From the NCBI GenBank assembly GCA_963664465.2, contig CAXXSU010000009.1, positions 2,017 to 66,016 of the forward strand: 64,000 bases of DNA, read 5' to 3'. The notes under the pieces are model-generated. The model was not told the origin of the DNA. It worked only from the letters and a program-made list of their open reading frames with translations, and did not search any database. Origin of the DNA: Alphaproteobacteria bacterium. GTDB taxonomy: Bacteria > Pseudomonadota > Alphaproteobacteria > UBA8366 > CAVOAK01. Position numbers and translations under genes: made by a program. Positions 1 through 7,267 of the stretch are shown here, piece by piece (position 1 is the stretch's first letter; each line of letters opens with the position of its first letter).

Positions 1-195
1 TGCGAGTGACCCGAGCGCGACTTTCGGTTCCGCAAATGAGTCGATCGTAATGGCGTCAAAACTGTTGCAGTTTCCGCCTTCCTTCGCGCCATAGTCCTCG
101 TGATCGCGCCAAACGTAGAGATGCAATCTGCCAATGCCCAAATACGCCTGAATGATGTCACCCGTGTCCGTCGGCAGCGTCGCGCATTTCAGCAT
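1..195 (-). CDS. hypothetical protein, 5' part only (runs off the left edge)
   Basis: My own translation of the minus strand gives ATG at 195-193, open to position 1 (MLKCATLPTDTGDIIQAYLGIGRLHLYVWRDHEDYGAKEGGNCNSFDAITIDSF...). It is in the same frame as the caspase-domain ORF, separated from it only by TAA (204-202) plus 2 codons. No family recognised. Confidence 0.3.
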   Translation of the reverse strand, partial: MLKCATLPTDTGDIIQAYLGIGRLHLYVWRDHEDYGAKEGGNCNSFDAITIDSFAEPKVALGSLA

Positions 196-201
196 GACGT
201 C

Positions 202-1324
202 TTACATCGGTTCGTTGGTGTTGTTCTCGTCGCATTCGACGATCAGTCCAGCCTCCTCCAAACGCCGGCAATAGCCCGTGGCGATACCGCCCTTGTTGGA
301 TCGAATCCAGATCCTGTAGCCCTTCAAGACGTCGATCGTGCGGTCGCCGCTGGTATTCCGGGGCGTTGCGACGGCGACCTCCGTCGGCTGTAGTTTCTGG
401 GCCCTGAATCGCGCCAATGTCGCGAATGCGCCGGTGGGATATTGCTCGAGATACGCCTTATAGTCGCCCGCGTCCAAGCTATCCTCGATCGACTGCCAGA
501 ACATGGCCTCCAGGTTGACTTGCGGCGCGGCCTGGATCGCCGGCGCGGTGCTGGCAGTCGCCTTTGGCGCTGTCGCACCGCCACTGAAATAGAAGTCGCC
601 GGTCAGCGATGACGATTCCCATGGCACCTGTTTGTCCAGCGTGCGGGTCATAACCTCGATACGCACGCGCTTGAAGACCTCTTCGACTTTGGCGCCGGGC
701 GTGCGAATTGCGAGCGAAAGCGCCTTCGTGTAGGCGCTGTTCTCGCCCGTGCCGTCTTCGGCGCCCCGGCCCGGCGCGGTTGAGTAGGCAAGTAGCGTAC
801 CGGTCGGCGCGTCCATCTTGGCAAGACCGCGCGTAGCCGATCTGGAGCTGCACTTGAATGGGTTGTTCCGGCAGGCGTCAAGAATAACGATGTTGAGGCC
901 GGCCTGCGCCTCCTCAAGCGTGCGCAGAAGGCTTGACGCACGAACACCTTCGATGTCGACGTCGAGTTCATCTTCGATCAGTGATCCGACCGGTATCAGA
1001 TAGTTCTCGCCATTCACCTGTGCGCCATGTCCAGCGTAATAGACGAGACTGACGGTGTCGCGGCCTGCCTCCTTGACCCGCTTTCCAAATTGGGCGAAGG
1101 CACGCTTCATCTCACGCCGATCAAGGTTCACAGAAGTCCATCACCTCAGAGCCGACGCCCCTGAGCGTGCGTGACATGAGTGCAGCGTCGTTTGCCGGAT
1201 TTTTCAGAGGTGCGTTCTCGTAGTCGCTATTGCCGATAACCAACGCAATTCGCGCAGGCGCACCCAGCGCCGCTGTCGCGAGCAGTGGCAGGAGCAAGAG
1301 AACGAAGAACGCACCGCGAACCAT
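202..1324 (-). pseudogene. exported peptidase C14 (caspase-fold) domain protein, frame broken as assembled
   Basis: ORF 1121-1351 gives a signal peptide (MVRGAFFVLLLLPLLATAALGAP) and the start of the caspase domain (RIALVIGNSDYENAPLKNPANDAALM). ORF 202-1131 continues it in another frame (VNLDRREMKRAF...SLVYYAGHGAQ...ILDACRNNPF, the His and Cys catalytic motifs). The junction read by hand at ~1128-1138 is GSEVMDF/CEP-stop versus VNLDRREM, which looks like one extra base. Confidence 0.75.
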
Positions 1325-1553
1325 CGCGACCCCCCAATTGACTGAACTCAAGGATAACGAAGCTACGGTCGAATGGAAATGACATTTGCCGTCGAATGCG
1401 AGGGCTGCTGGTGTGCCGCCCAGGTCACCAATGGTGTTTGGTTTCCACTGCTTGACACTAAAGTTTGGTGCGGCGCATGTTTCGATCTAGCAGGTCGACG
1501 CAACGCTGACCGATATCAGTCGGTCGTCCAAAATTGAAGCGCGGAGTGAAGCC

Positions 1554-1976
1554 ATGGATTTAGGACAGGTGCATGTGATCGAGCGCGAATGCGCCAAAGT
1601 CTTGATGCAGTGTCGCCGTCACGCCGATCTAAAGGAGTTTGAAAAATGCGCTGCCCTCTTTGCGCCCGACGTCATCTTCAAGAGCGGTGACAGCGATCCG
1701 CTGGTCGGACGAGACGCGAATATCGCGGCGATGCACGCCAATATCGGTGACGTCTTCATGCGTTGTGTGATCAATAACATCCTCGTGACCGTGATCGATG
1801 CCGACCATGCTACGTGCACCTCTTACTGGCAGGTCTACCGTCACAAGCAAGCCGATTTCGAGGCTGGCAAAGTGACATCGGCTGCGCCAACCGCCTACTG
1901 CGAGTCCGACGACACGTTCGTGCGGCTCGAAGAAGGCTGGCGCATCGCCAAGCGGCATTTCAGGACTGTGCTGTAA
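1554..1976 (+). CDS. SnoaL-like / NTF2-fold domain protein
   Basis: A 140-aa ORF of NTF2-like size and pattern (...FAPDVIFKSGD...YWQVYRH...WRIAKRHF). The family call is from memory of the fold signature only. Confidence 0.5.
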   Translation: MDLGQVHVIERECAKVLMQCRRHADLKEFEKCAALFAPDVIFKSGDSDPLVGRDANIAAMHANIGDVFMRCVINNILVTVIDADHATCTSYWQVYRHKQADFEAGKVTSAAPTAYCESDDTFVRLEEGWRIAKRHFRTVL

Positions 1977-2445
1977 ACGGCCACGGTAGCGCCGCTGCCC
2001 ACACTCCGATCCAAGTCCTGCTTGTAGCCACAATTGGATCGACGAAGCCGCCCAGGCGGACGCCAAATCAGAGTGAAGACGCCAATTCGGACGGTTGGGT
2101 GAGTTCAATTACGTTGCCAAATGGGTCTTCACAGACGATCTGCTTGCCGCCGACTCCGTCCAGAATTTCGTTTCTGAATTTTACCCCATCGGCCTTGAGT
2201 TTTGCGACCACAGAGTCCAGATCGTCGAAATCCAATACGATTCTATTCCAGCCTCCGCCGGGACTGGGGGGTCGTGCCATCAAGCATTGGCAGGGGTGCA
2301 GACGCCGTTGGGCCTGATACCAATAGCGTCAAGTCGCCAAGACCCAAGATTGCTATTGCCGGCGCGAAACTGCGCTTAAGTTCAAAGCTTAGATTTGAGA
2401 CATAGAAGGCAGCAGCCTTTTCGACGTCGTCGACAATATATCTAA

Positions 2446-3484
2446 ATAGGGTATCCCATTCGCTCTCGTAGTGGCAAGATGTTGTGATGGCCGAGAATAC
2501 TGCCCATCCCGTTGGCGGGATCGATTACCCTCGCACGCTTATGGAATTTGACGACTGGTTCGCTTCTGAGGCCGCCTGTGCGGATTTTCTTCGGCGTGTC
2601 CGTTGGCCTGCCGGGTTTCGGTGTCCGGCCTGCGGGGGAACCGAGGCGTGGGTGACGGCCAGGGGCCAACAGCGATGTGCGGGATGCCAACGTCAGACGT
2701 CGCCGACCGCGGGGACGATCTTCGAGGGTACGCGGAAACCGTTGCGGCTTTGGTTCCAGGCGATGTGGTATGTGACGCATCAGAAGCACGGCGTCAGTGC
2801 GCTTGGGGTTCAACGAATACTCGGCCTGGGCGGTTATCAGACGGCTTGGACATGGCTCCATAAGCTGCGCCGGGCCATGGTTCGACCGGGCAGAGAGCTT
2901 CTGAATGGCGAGGTCGAGGTCGACGAAACCTATGTGGGCGGCCGGGAGGTTGGCGTTACGGGGCGGAAAACAAACAAGAAATCGATTGTCGCGATTGCCG
3001 CCGAAATCCGGGGTCGGGGCACCGGTCGTATCCGCATGGCGCGTGTCGAGGACGCATCCGCCGAGAGCCTCATTCCTTTCGTCCAAACGGCTGTGTGCCC
3101 GGGAGCAACGATTCGAACCGATGGCTGGCGAGCCTACAACGGTCTCACGGGAGTCGGCTTCGAACACCAGCCGAAAAATATTTCCGCCAGCGGCGACCCA
3201 GCCCACATTGTCATGCCCCAAGTTCATCGGGTAGCCGGCCTCCTTGATCGGTGGTGGCTGGGTATTCACCATGGGGCTATTAGCGCCTCCCAGCTTGATT
3301 ACTATCTGGACGAGTTCACGTTCCGCTTCAATCGCCGCCGATCCAAAGCTCGCGGCCTCCTGTTCTATCGACTCCTCCAGCAAGCAGTGCAACTGGAGCC
3401 CGTGCCATACAAGAAGCTCGTCGGGGGCAGACCCAGCCCTGCCCCCCAGATCTAGGCACTACGAGAGCGAATAGGATACCCTAT
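2446..3484 (+). mobile_element. IS1595-family insertion sequence, complete (1039 bp)
   Basis: Terminal inverted repeats are ATAGGGTATCCCATTCGCTCTCGTAGTG (2446-) and the reverse complement of CACTACGAGAGCGAATAGGATACCCTAT (-3484), with 1 mismatch. The 8-bp direct target duplication ATATCTAA is at 2438-2445 and 3485-3492. There is a single transposase ORF. Confidence 0.9.
2484..3455 (+). CDS. IS1595-family (ISXO2-like) DDE transposase
   Basis: 323 aa with an N-terminal Zn-ribbon (CPACGG...CAGCQ), then EVDETYVGG...IRTDGWRAYNGL...YLDEFTFRFNRR, which is characteristic of IS1595 transposases. Confidence 0.9.
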   Translation: MMAENTAHPVGGIDYPRTLMEFDDWFASEAACADFLRRVRWPAGFRCPACGGTEAWVTARGQQRCAGCQRQTSPTAGTIFEGTRKPLRLWFQAMWYVTHQKHGVSALGVQRILGLGGYQTAWTWLHKLRRAMVRPGRELLNGEVEVDETYVGGREVGVTGRKTNKKSIVAIAAEIRGRGTGRIRMARVEDASAESLIPFVQTAVCPGATIRTDGWRAYNGLTGVGFEHQPKNISASGDPAHIVMPQVHRVAGLLDRWWLGIHHGAISASQLDYYLDEFTFRFNRRRSKARGLLFYRLLQQAVQLEPVPYKKLVGGRPSPAPQI

Positions 3485-3548
3485 ATATCTAATTCTCGCC
3501 ATCTCACGCACCTTCTGTGATCAATCAAATTACGCCTATCGGCCAAAA

Positions 3549-3567
3549 GTGGCGCGCCCGACAGGAT
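3549..3567 (-). repeat. 19-bp exact direct copy of the tRNA-Arg 3' end (att-like repeat, distal copy)
   Basis: GTGGCGCGCCCGACAGGAT at 3549-3567 is identical to 5669-5687. That site covers the last 18 nt of tRNA-Arg(CCG) plus 1 nt beyond the CCA end. Both copies are in the same orientation. Confidence 0.8.
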
Positions 3568-3811
3568 ATAGAGAGAACTCCTGGATGATCATGGCCGCGT
3601 GGCCCTCTCCATACCCTATGGTCCGCGTATAGCCATATAGCGGACTCAACTCGCGTGGTGAAGAGACGTCCGCTTCTGACCCTTAGGTGACCTTGCAGGC
3701 TAACGCATTGCATGACAGAAAGATAAATGTTCGGTGAAGCTGTCATGGATGTTCCATCTACTTTGACCGCAATTGAGGCGGATGGACCCATCCAGGAAAA
3801 GTGGAGGCGCC

Positions 3812-4699
3812 CTACACCGTTTGCATTGCTTCTGCCTCGAATTTGACGGGGCTTGTGAAGTCCAGCGTCGAGTGCCGACGGACTGGATTATAGAACCCAT
3901 CGATGTATCCGGCTATGGCAGTTTCAGCTTGGCTTCTTGACATGAACACAGTCCTCCAGATCAGTTCTGACTTGATGGTTTTGAAGAAGGTCTCGACGAC
4001 GGCGTTATCATAGCAATTTCCCTTACCGCTCATTGAGGCGAGGAAACCGAGTTCACCGAGGCGCGCCTGGTATGCGTCTGAGCAGTACTGCGTCTGAGCA
4101 GTACTGCTTCCCCGATCGCTATGGTGGATCACACCGGCGCCAGGTTGGCGCAGCCCGATAGCACGGTTAAGCGCCCTGAGCGGCAGGTCGCTGGTCATGC
4201 GAGCGCCCACGGCCCAGCCGATGACGCGCCGGGAGTAGAGGTCGAGCATGACGGCCAGGTAGAGCCAGCCCTGTGCCGTCCAGATATAGCTGATGTCGGC
4301 AGCCCATTTCTCGTTGGGTGCCTCGGCGGAGAAGTTCTGGTCGAGAAGGTTCGATGCGACGGCCTTGTTGTGCTGGCTGTCCGTCGTCTTTTTGAACTTC
4401 TGTTTCCGTTTTGGAGACAACCCATTTCCCCGCATCAGCCGAGCCACCCTATGGCGTCCAACCTCGATCCCATTCTCGGCAAGCTCGTGATGGACCCGCT
4501 CTGCACCGTAGCTCTCGCGGCTGCGCCGAAAGGCTGCCCGGACATGGGCGAGTAGAACCATGTCATCGAGCTGTCGCTGGCTTGGGCCGCGATTGCGCCA
4601 AGCGTAGAAGCCTGAGACGCTGACCTGCAGCAGTCTGCACAGGCGGAATATCGGCATCGCCAACCCGGCCCTCTCCGCGTCGATGAACCGGAACCTCAT
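3812..4699 (-). CDS. IS3-family transposase OrfB (DDE/integrase core)
   Basis: 295 aa with WAADISYIW...HHSDRGS...SMSGKGNCYDNA...FYNPVRRHSTL, which are typical IS3 OrfB motifs. It carries a 5-aa insertion (STAQT) from a 16-bp tandem repeat. Confidence 0.9.
   Translation of the reverse strand: MRFRFIDAERAGLAMPIFRLCRLLQVSVSGFYAWRNRGPSQRQLDDMVLLAHVRAAFRRSRESYGAERVHHELAENGIEVGRHRVARLMRGNGLSPKRKQKFKKTTDSQHNKAVASNLLDQNFSAEAPNEKWAADISYIWTAQGWLYLAVMLDLYSRRVIGWAVGARMTSDLPLRALNRAIGLRQPGAGVIHHSDRGSSTAQTQYCSDAYQARLGELGFLASMSGKGNCYDNAVVETFFKTIKSELIWRTVFMSRSQAETAIAGYIDGFYNPVRRHSTLDFTSPVKFEAEAMQTV
4074..4105. repeat. perfect 16-bp tandem duplication inside IS3 orfB
   Basis: GCGTCTGAGCAGTACT occurs twice (4074-4089 and 4090-4105). 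With flanking matches the repeat tract is 4073-4107. Confidence 0.95.
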
Positions 4700-4998
4700 C
4701 GACTTTCCCTGGCGAAGAAGGCCAGCGCTTTTTTTAGCAGATCACGTTCCTGACGGGCCAGATCACACTCTCGGCGTAGGCGGGTAATCTCCTTCGCTGC
4801 ATCCTCATGCGGACCGGAAAGCAAATCCTCCGCACGCAATTCTGCGACCCAGCGGCCGAGCGCGCTGACGCTGATCCCAAGATCTCCTGCTATCTGCCGC
4901 TGCCTGCGCCCGCTCGTCTGTAAAAGACGGACGGCTTCTTCCTTGAAGGCCCGATCAAACCGCCGGCCCTTGTTCCCATTCTGCTTCGACATTTGCAC
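4696..4998 (-). CDS. IS3-family transposase OrfA (HTH)
   Basis: (MQ)MSKQNGNKGRRFDRAFKEEAVRLL...IAGDLGISVSALGRWV, followed by a leucine-zipper-like tail. The ATG at 4992 is an alternative start. Confidence 0.9.
   Translation of the reverse strand: MQMSKQNGNKGRRFDRAFKEEAVRLLQTSGRRQRQIAGDLGISVSALGRWVAELRAEDLLSGPHEDAAKEITRLRRECDLARQERDLLKKALAFFARESR
4729..4735 (-). promoter_or_regulatory. probable -1 programmed frameshift site (A AAA AAA) producing the OrfAB fusion
   Basis: The minus strand reads CTA AAA AAA GCG near the end of orfA. A shift of -1 reads through into the orfB frame (KKSAGLLRQGKSMRFRF...). This is the standard IS3 arrangement. Confidence 0.6.
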
Positions 4999-5669
4999 CT
5001 CCTGCGATCAAAATCCTATCGCAGGACGTCTCCACTTTCGTCAGCAGGGTCCAGGATACCGTTGCGTTGGGTTTTGACACGCCCTCTGAACGGCAGACCG
5101 GTACATTGCTTCGTACACTTGCGGCAAGTTGTCCAAACAGCAAATTGCTAGAACTGGGGACCGGCACGGGATTGGCAACAGCTTGGCTGCTAGATGGTAT
5201 GGATAAATCCTCCTCTCTAACGACAGTCGACAACGATAAGTTGGCCACTGATGTGGCCTGGCGCCATCTCGGCAATGATGAACGTCTTGAACTCTGTGTC
5301 GAGGACGCGAATGTCTGGCTGGCCAGAAATTCAAACAGTTCTTTTGATCTGATTTTTGCTGACGCTATGCCCGGAAAATATGAAAATTTCGAGCTGGCGT
5401 GGAATATGCTGACGCTTGGCGGCAAGTATGTTGTCGATGATATGTTGCCACAGAACAACTGGCCCGAAGGACACGCGGCAAAAGTCCAGAAATTCCTTAC
5501 TGAATTGGATCTTCGAAACGATTGTCGGATAGCAAAAATGTGTTGGAGTAGCGGGATTGTTCTTGCTGTTCGAACAAACTGATGGTTCCCGAACTTCTGT
5601 TCATGGCTAGTAGTGGACGTCTCAACGCTGTTCTTAGGATGTCCGGTTTCGAGCGCAAAGCGGATGCCG

Positions 5670-5745
5670 TGGCGCGCCCGACAGGATTCGAACCTGTGAC
5701 CTTCGGCTTCGGAGGCCGACGCTCTATCCACTGAGCTACGGGCGC
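5670..5745 (-). tRNA. tRNA-Arg (anticodon CCG)
   Basis: The reverse complement GCGCCCGTAGCTCAGTGGATAGAGCGTCGGCCTCCGAAGCCGAAGGTCACAGGTTCGAATCCTGTCGGGCGCGCCA folds as a 76-nt cloverleaf (7-bp acceptor, TTCGAAT T-loop). The anticodon loop is CUCCGAA. Confidence 0.95.
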
Positions 5746-5834
5746 CTAGACGGCTCTGCTCGCGCAATCTACGGCATGGCATCGGCGAATGCCAATCGGC
5801 AGTCCCTGCTTTAACTCTTTGGTATGACTTCGCG

Positions 5835-6824
5835 CTAGCGTTGCACCAGGTCTGCCCCGGATGGCAGCGGCGCGTCCGGCGAGGTAATCCACGCCGCGAC
5901 ATCACTGAGGACCGCGTTTGCGCCGAGATCGCGCAAGAGCATGTGATAGCCCATTTTGTAATTAGCAATCCGACGTTCGGGGTTTGCCGGAAGATGCTTC
6001 ACCAAATTGTCGATCGAGCGGCCGGGGATGAGCTGCTCGTTGGCGCCATAGAGGAGGAGCATGCGCCCGTCGAGCCGCGGCGCGGCGGCGAGCGCCTCAT
6101 CCATCAAGTTGACGAGCCCGTACAGCGAGTCGATGCGGGTCTCCTTTATGACAAGAGGGTCGCGCGCCAACGCCCTTAACATCTCGACATTGTCGGATGG
6201 CCGAATTTTTAGCCCGCGACCGGTTACCCGCATCCAGGGCACGGTATGAGCACCGATCCACAGCGCCACGCGCAGCAAGGGGTTCATCGTTGCACGACCC
6301 CACACCGCCGGCGCTGCGAGTATGATGCCATCGGATACAGGTCGCTCATTGCTTGTGATTCCCGCCATGATGACCGCAGCCCCCATGCTCTCCCCCAACA
6401 AGTAGAGCGGCAGACCGGGATGGCGGGCGCGGAGCAGATGGCTGGCCGAGGCCAGGTCGGCGACCAGGGTATCGGTGGTGGCGAACCTGCCGGGATGCGG
6501 TGCCGCGCCGAAACCTCTTTGGTCGTATGCGTAGGTCGTGATCCCACTCTGAGCCCAGAACCGGGCCGGTTCTTCGAAACTTTTCGAGTAGTCGTTGAAG
6601 CCATGCAGCGCCAGCACGACAGCGCTCGGCTCACCTGTGGCGCGCCAACTTCGAATTGGCAGAGCCGCGCCGTCGCCCGTGACGATATGCTGCGCTCCCA
6701 GAACCGGGGCTGACGTGCGCGGGCCAGCGCGCTCAAGATGCGGCGCGCACGCAGTGACGATCATGCAGACCAGCCATAGGCCTGCACTTCGCCTCAGTGT
6801 CTTTGCCAGCGACCGCTCGCGCAT
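5835..6824 (-). CDS. alpha/beta hydrolase, lysophospholipase/monoacylglycerol-lipase-like lipoprotein
   Basis: HGFNDYSKSF...YDQRGFG...GESMGAAV (GxSxG nucleophile elbow). The start is set at ATG 6824 (MRERSLAKTLRRSAGLWLVCMIVTAC, a lipobox). The longer ORF back to 7064 is probably not translated. Confidence 0.8.
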   Translation of the reverse strand: MRERSLAKTLRRSAGLWLVCMIVTACAPHLERAGPRTSAPVLGAQHIVTGDGAALPIRSWRATGEPSAVVLALHGFNDYSKSFEEPARFWAQSGITTYAYDQRGFGAAPHPGRFATTDTLVADLASASHLLRARHPGLPLYLLGESMGAAVIMAGITSNERPVSDGIILAAPAVWGRATMNPLLRVALWIGAHTVPWMRVTGRGLKIRPSDNVEMLRALARDPLVIKETRIDSLYGLVNLMDEALAAAPRLDGRMLLLYGANEQLIPGRSIDNLVKHLPANPERRIANYKMGYHMLLRDLGANAVLSDVAAWITSPDAPLPSGADLVQR

Positions 6825-6975
6825 CGCCCCGGTTCTCCGCCAACCAATCCGCCTGTTGTTCGGCGGAAGACTTGCGGTATCATCGGTTGGCCCGTCCGGG
6901 CGATCAAGCGATCCGTCAGGTGCCTGCCGAGACCGGCATCGCGAACCTGGAAAGAAGGTTTGAGGACAGTCGACA

Positions 6976-7158
6976 ATGGATCCGGTTGAGATTGTTGAAG
7001 TTGAGACGACGCAGGTGAGTTGCGATGGCGATAGCGTGCTTGGCCATCCGCGTATTTTTCTCAACTTGGGCGATGATGGTGAGATCGACTGCCCCTATTG
7101 CGGCCGCCGCTTCGTGCTTAAGGAAGGCGCTGTAACTCAGCCGCACGGACACGACTGA
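6976..7158 (+). CDS. zinc-finger (zf-CHCC type) domain protein
   Basis: 60 aa, ...VSCDGDSVLGHPRIFLNLGDDGEIDCPYCGRRFV. This small conserved protein is commonly found next to polA in alphaproteobacteria. Confidence 0.75.
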   Translation: MDPVEIVEVETTQVSCDGDSVLGHPRIFLNLGDDGEIDCPYCGRRFVLKEGAVTQPHGHD

Positions 7159-7267
7159 CTAGGCCCGCAGCCGATGTGAAATCGGCTGGCGGTTGCCGCT
7201 TGTCGCCCAGCGCCTCATCGGTCATTCTGGCGCATTATCTCGTCAGGCAAGCACGGCTTGGACTTAT

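Larger units (their letters stand above)
2068..3502 (-). pseudogene. VOC (glyoxalase/bleomycin-resistance fold) family gene, disrupted by an IS1595 insertion and a homopolymer frameshift
   Basis: Hand reconstruction starts at ATG 3502-3500 (GAAGGTG upstream). It reads MARIRYIVDDVEKAAAFYVSNLSFELKRSFAPAIAILGLGDLTLLVSGPTASAPLP... once the IS and one target-duplication copy are removed. The frame changes at the G6 run 2266-2271 into ORF 2068-2283 (PGGGWNRIVLDFDDLDSVVAKLKADGVKFRNEILDGVGGKQIVCEDPFGNVIELTQP), a typical VOC C-terminus. Confidence 0.8.
3783..5053 (-). mobile_element. IS3-family insertion sequence, complete (1271 bp)
   Basis: The ends are TGGACCCATCCAGGAAAAGTGGAGGCG (3783-) and the reverse complement of 5053 (TGGACCCTGCTGACGAAAGTGGAGACG). 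The 3-bp target duplication GGA is at 3780-3782 and 5054-5056. It has overlapping orfA/orfB with an A7 slippery run. Confidence 0.9.
3745..5582 (+). pseudogene. class I SAM-dependent O-methyltransferase, interrupted at codon 13 by IS3
   Basis: Joining 3745-3782 to 5057-5582 (IS and one GGA copy removed) restores one ORF: MDVPSTLTAIEAD-TVALGFDTPSERQTGTLL...LELGTGTGLATAWL (SAM motif I)...FADAMPGKY. The remaining ORF 5067-5582 starts only at a TTG. Confidence 0.8.

Noticed and set aside
4955-5968. 337-aa ORF on the minus strand
   Set aside because: It spans the IS3 terminal repeat, runs antisense to the methyltransferase and passes straight through tRNA-Arg, so it cannot be a real gene. Likewise 55244-55879 runs through tRNA-Leu.
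5835-7064. 409-aa version of the hydrolase ORF overlapping the zinc-finger gene
   Set aside because: The first 80 residues are low-complexity and antisense to the zf-CHCC gene and its promoter. The internal ATG at 6824 gives a canonical lipoprotein signal peptide.
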